A stretch of 64,000 nt of DNA from Takakia lepidozioides. Lineage: Eukaryota; Plantae; Bryophyta. Of this stretch, positions 37,775 to 50,700 are shown piece by piece (position 1 is the first letter of the stretch; each line of letters opens with the position of its first letter). The notes under the pieces are model-generated. The model was not told the origin of the DNA and searched no databases. It was given only the letters and a program-made list of their open reading frames with translations. Both the position numbers and the translations under genes were made by a program. The stretch covers positions 22,940,001 through 23,004,000 of the forward strand of contig CM060733.1 in NCBI GenBank assembly GCA_030704615.1, read 5' to 3'.

Positions 37775-38456
37775 CATTCCACATTCGGGAAGGAGAAAGT
37801 GGCAATTATATTACATTCATCTTCTTGCACCCTATTTTTTTGTGAGGAATTATACACTTGGTGGTGCCGCATCGCCATGGCTACATGTGAATTTCGGTGC
37901 CGCAATACATGAGAATGTGGTTTTTGGCCATGAATGGCATGCGCATGCTTTTTTTATTTTGATTGTCTACAAATGGATCCGAGTAAAGAATACATTGTGT
38001 GGAGATTAACGGGCATTGGGCCTATTTCAGCGCCATTTATGGTCTGTGTACTGCATAGTGCTTCCTTGTTACTGCTCTTCCTTCAATTTGTAGTGATTTT
38101 GCAGCCCATCCTGGCGTTTTCGTCCACCTTTATGAGAAGACTCCAATTTGCTACAAATACATTGTTACTGTTCTGCAAATGTGATGCCTTTACAAGATTG
38201 CTAGTTCTGTGTCCCAGTGGGAAGGGTCCTACTGCACATTCCAGCATTTGCATACTGCACCTTGTGCAAACAGCAATCCATACGACAAAGGACACGTCCC
38301 AGCATACTGGCAGTGAATTGCAAAAAACCTTAACAGAAGATTATCGAAGCAAGTATATTCCCCATATGGCACAGGGAAGCTGCTTGATTTCTGAATGAAA
38401 ATGTATGTGCCATGAGTGTCAGCGAGTTGAAACATGTCTACTCTAGCATGCAAGAC

Positions 38457-39056
38457 CTATGGTCCCCTCGCCCAAGAAGAAGGAACTCGAACTGGCCTCT
38501 CAAGGACCTCCTCAGTGACCGGGTGCCTATATTTGAACAAAATGTCAGTGGTTTCTGTCGCCCGGTTGAAACTAACGAGGATGTCGTGTTTATCGATAGC
38601 GCCCCCTTGGTAGAAGGACATTTTCACAGTGGGCCCTGTGTTCCCCTCCTCCTCATCCTCATAACTGAAGAGAATGTCCCCACTTTCCGAGCCAGTCCGT
38701 CCACACGTAAAGTTTTCACCTATGCACTCATCATACGTCCACTCGCAACAATTCCAGCGATACAGCAACGCTGTGCGTGATCTGTTCGGCTCCCACACAT
38801 GCGGAAAGTCCAGGTCCATGATGCGTAGGAACCACCTGCTCCCCAGCCGGGGTCCAGGAGAATCGTGCAATCCTGCAAGAAACTCCATTGCTCTCAGCTG
38901 GACAAGTCGAGGATCGTCCCTGTAAACATCCAGGAAGACAATGATGTCGTCTGCTTTCGGGAAAATGACTCCCGTCTGGCGTCGATAGATGTGATTCGGG
39001 CACGACATGGCCTCACGACACAGCACGAACTCAAAGCAGGGAGGAGATGGGCACAA
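38457..39056 (-). CDS. Orphan ~183-199 aa ORF in the MULE-like element; paralog of 13613-14239
   Basis: Intact ORF convergent with the transposase. Palindrome copies lie just upstream. Shares conserved blocks with ORF 13613-14239. Confidence 0.6.
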   Translation of the reverse strand: MCPSPPCFEFVLCREAMSCPNHIYRRQTGVIFPKADDIIVFLDVYRDDPRLVQLRAMEFLAGLHDSPGPRLGSRWFLRIMDLDFPHVWEPNRSRTALLYRWNCCEWTYDECIGENFTCGRTGSESGDILFSYEDEEEGNTGPTVKMSFYQGGAIDKHDILVSFNRATETTDILFKYRHPVTEEVLERPVRVPSSWARGP

Positions 39057-39129
39057 CAGAGAAGAGTGAAGAGCAAAATGAGAGCAAGGCCTCCCTCACC
39101 GTAAGGCGGGTATTTGCTCTCCGACGCCC

Positions 39130-39350
39130 AATTTCGGCGCCGTTATTACATGGAGTGCGGAAGCTTCAGCCGAGAATTTTGTTTCCGCAGGTCAATTTTG
39201 GCGCCGTTATTGGTTGCAATCCCCAGCCTTCAGCCGGGTATTTGGTTTCCGGACCCAATTTCGGCGCCGTTATCTGTTGCACTCCGGTGGCTTCAGCCGA
39301 GTATTTGGTTTCCGGGGCCCATTTCGGCGCCGTTATCGCCTGCACTCCGG
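39130..39350 (+). repeat. 63-64 bp tandem repeat with variant motif AATTTCGGCGCCGTTAT
   Basis: Motif starts at 39130, 39194, 39257 and 39320. The units share CTTCAGCCG.GTATTTGGTTTCCGG. Confidence 0.9.
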
Positions 39351-39357
39351 AGGATGC

Positions 39358-40364
39358 TGTTAGAGGACTGTCGGGGACTTAGACACTTATACGGGATCTG
39401 TAGGGTACCCTTAATTTTTGCACAGACTGAGACCAACAGGAGCCTTAGGGGTGACAGCAGCGCACTGTAGAGGGGGGTTACACAGTCGTCACAGCCCACA
39501 CAGCCAACACAGCCCGTCACAGTCGTCACAGCCAACACAGCCACACAGCCCGTCACAGTCGACACAGTCGACACAGCCGACACAGCCGACACAGCCCGTC
39601 ACAGTCGACACAGCCGACACAGCCGACACAGCCCGGCACAGCCACACAGCCAGTCACAGCCCGACACAGCCAAACACAGTCGCACAGCCATCACAGCCCG
39701 TCACAGTTTCACACAGCCAGTCACAGCTTGACACAGCTGTCACGATCATAGGGAACGAAGAGTAGGACAGGGAACGACTGTGGGGAACAACACCTGCGAA
39801 GGGAACATGTTAGTTCACAGACACGGTTAGTGAGGGAAACGGTTAGAACGCGGATAGGAAGATAAAAGGGAGAAACAGGGAATGAAGCGAGATCATTTAG
39901 AGGAGGACTTCTTGGTGATAGAGGAGAGGGGATCGTGCAGAGATGAAGAACGGAGTGAAGATATAGAGAGAGGTGAGTAGATGCTTGATATATGCAAGGC
40001 TGTAATGATATTGTAGAGGAGATTAGAGACACAATGGCTTCGGCCTGATACCTGATAAATCATAATCGGATACTTTTACGATACAATCACACTGTGTAGA
40101 GAGATCTGAGTGAAGCTGTGAAATGAAATGATGAGCTGATGGATCCAATAGATTGATAAAGCAAACTGATACTTAATTATCAATGGTAAGATAGTTAACA
40201 TGAATACCAAAAGGGAAACAAATAGGAAAAACCCCATGATACACTAGCTGTAGGTCATGACTGATTGTTCTGCGCGGGCTGAGTACTTAGAGATTTCCAA
40301 CTCTTCAATCTTGGAGTTTCCGCCTCGAATAGCGAAGGGATGGGTGAGTAAAAGCCGCGCGACA
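39358..40364 (+). repeat. 5' LTR of the large Ty3/gypsy element (~1007 bp), containing a CACAG-rich minisatellite
   Basis: TGTTAGAGGAC...GCGCGACA, repeated from 51710 and followed by a PBS. Confidence 0.92.
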
Positions 40365-40384
40365 TTTGGCGACCATACTGGGGA
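40365..40384 (+). other. Primer binding site
   Basis: TTTGGCGACCATACTGGGGA directly after the LTR CA. It resembles Athila/Tat-type PBSs; the tRNA is not assigned. Confidence 0.75.
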
Positions 40385-41642
40385 CCTGGACATGAACAAC
40401 CAGATGTGACAGCATCTGGTGGGATCATGGTGGTTGGACCATTAAAGAATTTGAAGTGAATCAAATTCCCTGTGGAACGAAGAGAAGAAAGATTGTCCAA
40501 ACAATTCTTTCAAAGGTTCTTGGAATTGCCAGACGGTTGTAAAGAAAATATTCTTAAACGAGTGCATGATGCTGATCCAGAATGGGGTGGAGAAAGGAGA
40601 GAAAGGAGTGATAAAGATTATCAGGTAGCCTGTAGAGGAAGAGCACGTTGGTTACCAACATTGGTTTATGTGATAGCATTGCTATCCATTAAACGAGTAG
40701 AGTTGAAGGCTGGGAAGGAAAGAAAGAGGTGAATGTTTATACTCATATGCATGAAGAGCTTGTACTGGTAAAGAATTGGATTCCAAAGGATATTTTGTGG
40801 ATCAAACTCACACCAAGAACAGCTTTTCAGACTGTGTGCCATATGGTTATATGGTAACGGAGACTTCAAGTATAGCCAAGGGTGCATTGAAGCTTGAAAG
40901 AAACCCAGGCATATACGAGAGATATTACAGAAGAAGAGAGTTTTGGTTATTGCCACATTAAAAGAAATGAAAGACATGGGACATGAGTGATGAAAGAGAA
41001 GCTAGACGACAGAGATATTCAGCAAGAAGAGAAAGCTATCTGAAAGCTAATTATCCATATCTTTGGGAGAGAGGAATAGACATAGGGGAATCATCTGGAC
41101 CTCTCACACCATCAAGATCAAAGAGTACATCACCTATACCGGAAGAACTAGAGTTGGATGCCACTCCTTCTGTTTCTTTGCAAGAAAGATTAAGGGAATT
41201 GGTACAGGAAGAAGATCAATCACGAGGTGAAAGATCTGAGGTACATCCTTGGATAAAAGACTTGACAGAAATCTTTGATAAGAGTTGGCATGGAACACCA
41301 AAAAGCAGGAACTCCAGTTTCTGAAGCAGAAGGTGAAGAAGGAGAAGAGGATGTGGCAGAGCCAACGGAGAGTTCAGACTCTCCAACACCATTACAGTTG
41401 AGTTACATGAGTGAAGAAGAAACCCAAGGGCAGAACTTGGAGGATGAAAAACAGAGAGAAGAAATTAGAAGAGGAAGAATATGAAGAAAGTAGACCCAAA
41501 CAGCTGAGGTTGAGACTACAACCAGGACATCCCAACCCGTTGGACCTGGATCAAGGGAGCACTTGGATCACAGGCCAACGAAGGTGTCGGCTCAGGGGGA
41601 TCAGGCGGGCTGCCTGGATCTGGCTCTGGGGGGGACAGGGAG

Positions 41643-44600
41643 GTGGGAAGTAGTGCAACTGAAGCTGGGAATACTGTGAATATCGTGGGGCCAGAAGCAA
41701 GGAGTGCTCAAGGGCCACCACTTGGTGGAAGATCCACCACAAAAACAACCGGTCCAGAAGGACCAGCACCAGCAAGGGTGCCAGCACCTGTCAGTGGGCA
41801 GAAGGTAGGGCCACAGATGGCGTTACAACCAACACGGGCAAAACCACCATTTCCAATATATTCAGGAAAAGGGGATCCCGATGTACACATTAGCCAATTT
41901 GAGCACATGTGTATAGTGAACAATGAGAATGGCGATGATGCCAAGATGAGACTGTTTCCTTGTTCACTTATCAAGAAAGCAAGTGAAGGGTATGCAAGAT
42001 TCCCTGATAATCATTTCCTAACCTGGAATGGCTTGAATACAGCATTTCGAAATAGGTTCAGGACAAGTAAAACTGAGGATGAAGTGTATGGAAGTTTACA
42101 ACAGCTGAAGCAGAAGAAGAAGCATGAAACTGTTGAAGAGTATATGGAGAAGATGGAATTGATGATGAAAAAGCTGGCTGGCAGTACCAGCGCCCGGTTT
42201 ACCAGAAGACTTGGTTTGTGAGTGGACTAAGACCAGAGTTGCAAAAGAAAGTGGATATGTTACCCATAATACAGTGGAGGAGGCATTTGAAACTGCGAAC
42301 AGAATTGAGCAATTGGGAATGCTCAGGAGAGAGAAAAAAGAAGATGAGGACTGAGTCAGATGAAGAAGAAGAGCAAGAACTAAAAAGAAAGAGTAAGAGA
42401 AAGGAGAAGTTGAAGAGGGATAACTATGAAAAAAAATTGGAAGAAATCTTGAAGAAGTATGCCACAGAGGCTGCAACACATGGGAGGAAGGGTGTATGGT
42501 GTGCAAAGTGCCAGAATGAAGGCCATACCACCACAGAATGCCATGAAGGAGAAGAGAAACACTATACTATCTGTAAAATGGATAACCATTCTACTGAGAA
42601 TTGTTACTACAACAGAAGGACAGCTGCAAGAGAACCTAGGCAAGTAAGGGTGCATCAGGTGCAGCCCCAGCCAAGAAGAAACAATGATCAGGACCACTAT
42701 GGTAGGTCTGGTGGTTATAACAATGGCATGGAAGGGAGAGGTAATTCAAGAGGGAATTACCAAGGAAATTCCAGAGGCAACTATCAGGGTAATCCAAGGG
42801 GGAATTACCAGCCCGGGAATCAGGATTATAGAAATAATCCAAGAACAGACCAAGGGCGAGGACCCAATGGTGAAGAGCTATGTTACTATTGTAATCAGCC
42901 AGGACATCGCAAGGCAGCCTGTTCATTCTGGATAAGACACCAGAATGAGATGAGAGCTCCTGTGAATGAGGGCCCAGTGGTGGCAGCTCACATGGTTAGG
43001 CCATGTGTTGTACCAGAAGTAAGTACAATGATAGTAACAAGAAGTAAAGCCAAAACTAATACCTCCAGTAGAAGAGGAAGAAGATGAGACTGGAAGTGGC
43101 AATGATATGCCTGAAGATGAAGAGACTTGGAAAGATGAGAAGGAACTGCACAAGGAAGTGGGCAGATACTATAAGGGAAATGCAAAAGAGTACTGATATT
43201 CCTGTGGCAGATTCCCTGACTCGGATGGAGAAAAGAAGGGAGTGAGGAAGAAGAAGGAAAAAAGAAGATGCAGACATGCAAAGTAATGAAGAGACTTTGG
43301 CTGAAGTAATATGTCAGACCAAAGCAAAAATTACCATTGGACAGCTATTAGCTGTGGCACCTTATTGTAGGCACAGGCTGTATCAAGCAATCAATCGAAT
43401 TGCCCAAGAAACAGGAAACACAGACCTGAACAGCAAGGTGACCAGTTATAATGTGAAGCCGGAAGGGCGAGAACCAGTCATGGACTTTGATGATTCTATG
43501 CCAGTAATCCATTGAGAATTGGAAAGCACAGAACTAACTGATGTATGATAGATGGTGGTTCTGGAGTAAATATCATGACAGACCAATTAAGGAAGAAGCT
43601 TGGTCTAAGTAACATGAAACCAGCCCCATTTACAGTAACAATGGCAGATCAAAGAAGTGTGCAGCCATTGGGATTAATAAGAGGAGTTAAGATACAGATA
43701 CAGAAAATGACCTTTATGATCACAGTAACTGTATTAGAAAATGGATGAAGTCATGGAGGCTTACTCCTTATTATGGGGACGACCGTGGCTGAAACAGGCC
43801 AGGGTATTCCATGACTGGAATTCTCAGTTACTAACCGTGCATAATGGGATACACGAGATACAAATTACCACAAAGAAATCTAGTAGATTACCTGCTACAA
43901 GAAGACCTCGAGGAGTCAGAGAGTATGACTGGAGAGGAGGACTGGATGAGGAGCAGGAAGCTACCCTATTTGCTGCACACCCAGAGTGGGAGCAGGTTGC
44001 AGAGAGATGCGGCTGGAAAGCCTAAGTTGTTTGAGAGGTATCTGCTGTGGTGTAGTGACAGCAACACCAACTGAAGAAGAAACCAGCATTTACCCATCAC
44101 ATTTCTATGAAGAAAGAGAAGGAGAGAAATAGAAATCCTAGAAGAACCAGCCACTGTGAGCTTACAGGATGAAGTGGTGACTGGTTGGACAATCACAGCT
44201 GATGAGCAGGTGAGAGAAGTAAATGTGGGAACTAAAGAGGAACCGAGGATGGGTGAAAGTTGGAGCTGATTTGGAGCCGGAATTCTTCGAAGAAGCTAAA
44301 AGCTTGTTCATCAAATACAGAGATGTATTTGCTTGGAGCTATGAGGATCTAAAAGAGATACCACCTGAAGTCTGTCAGCATAAGATTGAACTGGAACCAG
44401 GGTCAGTACCAATCAAGCATGCGAGGTATAGAATGAATCCCAACTACGCACAGAAGGTTGGAGAAGAGATAAAGAAGTTGGCTGAGGCTAAGTTTATATA
44501 CCCAATAGAGTATACAACTTGGTTGTCACCCATTGTAATAGTTCCCAAAGAAGAATGGCAAACTAAGAGTATGTGTGAACTATAAGAAGCTGAATGCTTG

Positions 44601-47010
44601 TACGAAGAAAGATCCTTTCCCTTTGCCATTCACAAAAGCAGTATTAGACACTGTGGCAGGCCATGAGATGTACTCATTCATGGATGGCTTCAGTGGTTAT
44701 AATCAAGTGCAAGTGGCAGAAGAAGACCAAGGGAAAACAGCTTTCATCACAGACTGGGGGGCTTATGCATACAAAGTCATGCCCTTTGGACTTTGTAATG
44801 CACCAGCGACCTTTCAGAGAGTGATAAGTGAATCTTTTCATGAGTATCTGGGATGATTTCATGCAGGGTATTCTTGGATGATTTCAGTGTGTACAGCTCT
44901 AAGAGTGAGCACTTGCATAAATTGGAGTTATGTTTGGCCAGATGCAGGATGAGAGGTCTGGGCCTGAATCCAGAGAAGTGTACTTTCTGTGTGAACTCAG
45001 GGTTGCTTCTGGGACACATTGTGTGTAAGAAGGGACTCCTTGTGGATCCCAGAAAGACGGAGTCCATTAAAGCCTCTCCACCACCAGTGAATGTTAAAAG
45101 TCTACGGAGATTCCTTGGGCAAACCAGTTATTACAGAAGATTTGTCAAAAGGTATGCACAAATAGCAGCAGCCATTGAGCAAGCTTCTGAAGAAAGATAA
45201 AAGTTTTGCCTGGACAGCTGAATGTCAACAGACGTTGAGGAACTTACACTGTCAGTAACAACTACACCTGTGCTGATTAACCCTCACTGGCATGTAGTAT
45301 TTCATGTTCACTGCGATGCATCAGGAGAAGCGTGGGAGCGGTGTTAGCCCAGAATGTTACAGGGAATATAGATTCACCTGTGTACTATGCTAGCCGGTTG
45401 ATGAACAGTGCTGAGAGGAACTATAGCACAACGGAAAGAGAAGCATTGGCAATGATTTATGCAGGTAAGAAATTCAGGCATTACCTATTGGAAGAAGAAA
45501 GTTTATGTTTTATGTGGATCACCAGGCTCTGATATATCTGGTGAACAAGCCTTTGATAAGTGGAAGGATAGCGAGGTGGTTAATAATCTTGCATGAGTTT
45601 GAGTTCGAGGTTATTTACAAGCCTGGCCGTTTGCATCTTGTGGCAGATCATTGTCACGACTAACAACAGGAGAGGCCGCCACAGGAGTGACGATCAGTTA
45701 CCTGATGCGAGTTTATTTGTAATGGAGGTGCAAGGAAGTGCAGATGAATGGTTAGATTGGCAGTGGCCAATCAGATACTACCTTGCTCATGGTCAGTGCC
45801 CACCTAGTTATGGTAAGGAGCAGAGGAAGAGAATCGCTATCAAAGCTTTACCTTTATACTAGGTGGTAGGAAGCAGAATGTATAAGTTAGGACCTGATGG
45901 AGTACTAAAACGATGCTTGTACCACCATGAAGTAATAAAGTTTGGCGGAGGAAGTTCATAAAGGAGTGGCTGGAGGTCATTTTGGAGAAGAGACTACCAG
46001 TAGAAAGATACTACTCGCAGGATACTGGTGGCCTACTTTGTTCAAAGATGTACACGAGTATGTCAGAAGTGTGATGAATGTCAGAGGCTAGGACCTTTGC
46101 AGAGATCTGGAAGGATGGCCTTGCATCCTACAATGCCTACGGAACCATTTCAGAAATAGGGACTAGACTTTGTTGGACCAATTAACCACCATCCAAGAAT
46201 ACACGAAACAGGTACATAATTACAGCCACTGATTATACTACAAAGTGGGTGGAAGCTAAAGCTTTGAGGGACAACACAGCCAAGTCCACAGCAAGGTTCC
46301 TCCTTACGAGAACATACTTACAAGATTTGGCTGTCCCTTAGAATTTATCAGTGATCAAGGAAGTCACTTCATGAATGCGACCATTGAGTTGTTGACTAAA
46401 GAGTTATGATTGTGCATAGAAAGAGTACAACATATTACCCACAGGGTAATGGGCAGGCAGAGGCTACCAACAAAATACTATGTACTATCTTGGCTAAGAT
46501 AGTCAATGCAAACAGAACGGATTGGGGATACAAAGCTGCTGACAGCTTTGTGGTCATACAGGACTTCATATAAAGTCACCACTAAGTATACACCATTCCA
46601 ATTAGTTTATGGTATGGAAGCCTTACTTCCAGTGGAATTCCTGTACCTACCATGAGAACGGAGTGGGAAAAAAGAATGGAATTGCAAGACTCCATCAAGG
46701 TCAGGAAACATGAATTATACCAGTGGAAGAAGTACGTGCTGATGCAGCTGATAATATGACCAGAATTCAGATGAAGCGAAGGAACAGTTTGATGATGAAG
46801 GCAAGTAAAGACTTTTAAGACGGGGGATTTGGTTCTATGGTTGCGAAGAAGAAAGGAAAGATTCAAGCTTCTAAGCTTAAATCACCGGGGAAAGGACCTT
46901 ATGTCATACAAAAGATGTATGATAACAACACCGCCATGTTACAAACCATTACAAAGAAGAAATGCTGGGAAGAGTCAATGCAAATAAGTTGAAGGGGTAC
47001 AGTGGTATCC
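41643..47010 (+). pseudogene. gag-pol of gypsy copy A, with many frameshifts
   Basis: Gag YSGKGDPDVHI with CCHC knuckles. PR IDGGSGVNIM. RT FMDGFSGYNQ, MPFGLCNAPATFQR, FLDDFSV. RH ERNYSTTEREAL. Integrase remnants at 45880-47000. Confidence 0.93.
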
Positions 47011-47144
47011 ATGACAAACCCCTGCAGCATGATTTGCATGTTGAACCGCAAGAGCAGTCACGGGCTGCACCAGTGTTACGAACGGAGTATGAAAACTTTG
47101 TCGCTAGGGCCCAGCATATATGACCAGGGGTGGACAAAACCAAA

Positions 47145-47390
47145 CGTGACACCAGCCTATCACAGCCCATCACGACGTGACAACAGCCTTATCACAGCCC
47201 ATCACGACGTGACACAGCCTATCACAGCCCAGCAAGGCGCAACAAGCCTATCACAGCCAGCACGGCGCAACACAGCTATAACAACATACCACAGCGTGTC
47301 ACAGCCTAACACAGCTTACCACAGTGCATCACAGCCTATCACAGCGTAACACAGTATGACACAGCCTGTCACAGCTCAACACAGCCTACT
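47145..47390 (+). repeat. CACAG 10-bp-period minisatellite between integrase and the extra ORF (copy A)
   Basis: CAGCCTATCACAGCCCATCACGACGTGACA-type units. Confidence 0.88.
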
Positions 47391-47799
47391 AAAGTTACAC
47401 GATCCATAGAATCAGTGACAAGTGGACACCATAATAACTTCAGGAAAATGGATGACGGAAGAGGGAAGGAAGGAGGAAACGGAAATTACTTTAAAAATAG
47501 GCACGTGGAGGTCAGGGGCGCGACACACAGACGACAATTGAAGTGCCAACGGACAGGTGTCAAAAAGAAAGAAGACAAGAACGGCGTCAAACGGGATGAA
47601 AGCCAGGGTCCCCTTAATGAGTACGGAAAAAAACAAAAAAGGGAAACGGAACAGACGGCAAGTACAGAAAAGCGGAATTCTTGTCCCATGTGTGATCCTA
47701 TGGACATCAACAGGGAGGGAAAGCCACTAAAAAAGATAAAATCTAAAATCCAGTCAACAGCGGATACAGCCAATAGAAAACCAGAGAAAGGATCTAGAA

Positions 47800-50700
47800 A
47801 TGGAGGGAAAATTGAGCGCAAGAGGCGGCGTCGTCTGAGTAACGGGACGTCTCGACAGGACAGGCAAAAATGCTATAACTTGGAAAACTATGGAGGAACT
47901 AACAAGACTATACGCTCGCAAGATTACTTACGCAGTTGGCATAGACACGAAAGGACAGAGCGGAGCTTTCCTCTTTAGCGATGCTTACAAAAGCCCCGCA
48001 GGCTTACAAGAAATTACCCATAGCTTTTGCGGCAACCATACGTTTATGCTTTTGGAGCAACAGGCATTCCTGCAGTTGTTACAGCCAAAAACAGTCTGTG
48101 AGTCTAAAATGAAGAGAGTGAGAGGAATGGAGTAAATCAGGGTGAAGAGCACCACAATTCTGTAGAGAAAACAAACGATTGCTACCCCACAGGCGATACA
48201 GATACTGGAGGAGCTGAGATTGCAAGGATTGCAAAGCCTAGATTGGAACTAAACCAGAGACAGTACATGTTACAATTTTTGCAGAACTTTGAGGCCAAGG
48301 ACAGGAAACAACAACGGGTGAGTTGAGGGAGTGGAATAATGATTACTCCCCCTATACCTCCAGCAATGTTTCGATTGCAGCAGGTCAGGTGCATGTGAGC
48401 AACACCGGGCAAGACTGCAAATAGAGGACTTATTCCAAGAAGGGAGTTTCTTTAAAACTCAGGGTTATGCTTGTACCAAGGCTGTGTACCCAGGGTTAAA
48501 AGAGGTAGGCCAGGTATTGAACGTTCTGATTGCCATGAAACAGAACCAACAGTATTTGAGCAGATCCTTCACGGAGGAAATACTCAAAGGCCTGAAGGGA
48601 CAAGAGTACAATGGGCGGACATAATGTACAACGCACTGGTAGAGGAGATGAAAAGATTACAAGGTACTACCGCAAAGTCTCCTATCATAGTGTCTGGCCC
48701 AATCATTGCTCAAATAATCCTTTGATTCTGGCATACTTAATGCGCAAGAAAGAAAGGAAATGGGAGTGTTTGAGCCAGAAACAACTGCAATGGAAGAGCA
48801 AGGCTCTTCACACAGTGAGGGTGGACTAGCAGGGCAACAACCGAGACTAAGAGAGGCAGAGAAGGGGAAAGACTGTAGTGGCGGATCCACTGGCTTCACG
48901 GATTCCGCATGATAATGTTTCCCAAGCTCATGGCCAGGAAGGGGCACAGCAGCACAGAGAAATGCTATTACTGGAAGCAGGACCTTCAGAGAGGGAGGAG
49001 GAAGTTACTTCTGCATCACAACCATCACAGCCACCTGAACGACTTGTCACAAGGTCACAAGTTATCCATGCAGCTCAACCAGAAATAATTGATTTGGAAA
49101 GTGAAGGGTTAGATATTCCAACTACAGAACAGATAGTGGCAGAAATAGAGAAGGGGGACCTTCTCTATGAATATTCTGGTCTGGTCAAGGAGACAGAAAT
49201 CCCAGAGGTGCAACAGTTGCCCAAGGGAAATCCTGAGGTGCATATAATACACACACCTGTGTCGGAGGTACCACAGGCGGAAGGTCATGACACTGTAGCA
49301 CCGGTGATAGATGAAGTAGTTCAGGAAGAAAATCCGGTGGGACAATGGCCTGAATGGTTAGTGAGACATCACACTGTTGAAGATCAGGAGGAACAGCAGC
49401 AACCTCACCATGATGACCCTCAACAGGCAATGCTGATGAGTTCCATAGGCAGGACACTTAATTTGTTGGGGACTTATGTCAAATCCCATGTTCCAATTAC
49501 CCAATTGACAGCCTTGAAAGAGGAACTCAGGAAGGAGTTTGAGGCTCGACTTGCCACTGAGTGTGCAAACAAGGTCGATGAAGAGGTCACTCTCAAGATG
49601 AAGCAGGACTTGGGAAATACAGAAATGGCTTTGCAATTGGCCAAGCAACAATTGATTGAGGCAGGCCTCGCGCAAGACCAGTTGCACGAAGCACATAAGC
49701 AACAGCTATACCAAATGCAGGTGCAGCATGAAAGCAAGTTGCAAGAACTGAATGCACTACATACGGAGTTGCAGACAGTGCATAACAGGATGGCGATACA
49801 ATGTGCTACATTTACAACTATGCTTGACCAATCTACAAAAGAAATAAACAGTCAAGCGGAAAAATGTACGAAGGCAGAAGAAGAGAATGTTGAGCAAATG
49901 AAGCTCATTGTCGATATGAAGAATACAATCTGTCGCAATGAAGATACTTTCAAGCAATACAGGCAGATTGAAGCTGATCTGATCAAGAGAAGCACATCGT
50001 GGAGTTGCAACAAACCATCATGGCCAATAGAAATGAAATCGCGGTCAAAACAAGGCTTGGAAGGAAGCCAATAATCTACTTGCTGCTATGCGCAATTGGT
50101 TGAACCTCAGGCGAAGCGCATGGAGGCTTTACAACAGCAGTTGGAATTGTACAAGCTAAGAGAGGAGCAAACTCTCAGGGGAACCACAAGCAACTTGGTG
50201 GATAACAGCCTTATGCAGGTCTGGTTAGCACAAGGGCCAGTAGAGGGCAAAGCACCACGGAAGCTCACCCAAAGCGAGATGAATGAGCTCAGGCTGCAGG
50301 TGCAGAACATTGCCACAACTACTATAGACAATGTCTATAGTAGGATAGCAGAGTTACAAGAGGATGTAGACGGACTCCAGACTCAAGTGGAAGACCTCAC
50401 TTCAAACATCGACCAAAGAGTCTATATCCCTCAGGAACAGCTAATGGCTTCTTATTTACAAGCCAGAACTTGGCTTTTCAGTCTTCACAGGAGGTGCAGG
50501 AGATGCCAATGATACAAGAGCCAGTACCACCACCACCACAACAAGTCACTGTACCAGTAGCTGAACCTGTGGTTACTACAACCACACCACAGCCACCACA
50601 GCCGGAGGTATGGGGCAATGCCGCTTTTAACCCACCTAAAACTCCAGCTGCAAGGGAGTACAGTAGGGCTATGATTATGCCCTTCAACCAAATTCCCATC

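Larger units (their letters stand above)
26582..39357. mobile_element. MULE/Mutator-like DNA transposon with divergent ParB-MTase gene, orphan ORF and phased palindrome arrays; right end interrupted by a gypsy LTR
   Basis: The terminus GAGGTTTACTATTTCATGAGC at 26582 is defined by the homology boundary with copy 1. Transposase at 34403-37774. The same palindrome recurs from 26746 to 39335. Confidence 0.85.

Noticed and set aside
39293-39765. Ser/Thr/Gln/His-rich ORFs in the LTR (also 51804-52145 and the start of 59547..61343)
   Set aside because: Translations of the CACAG minisatellite.
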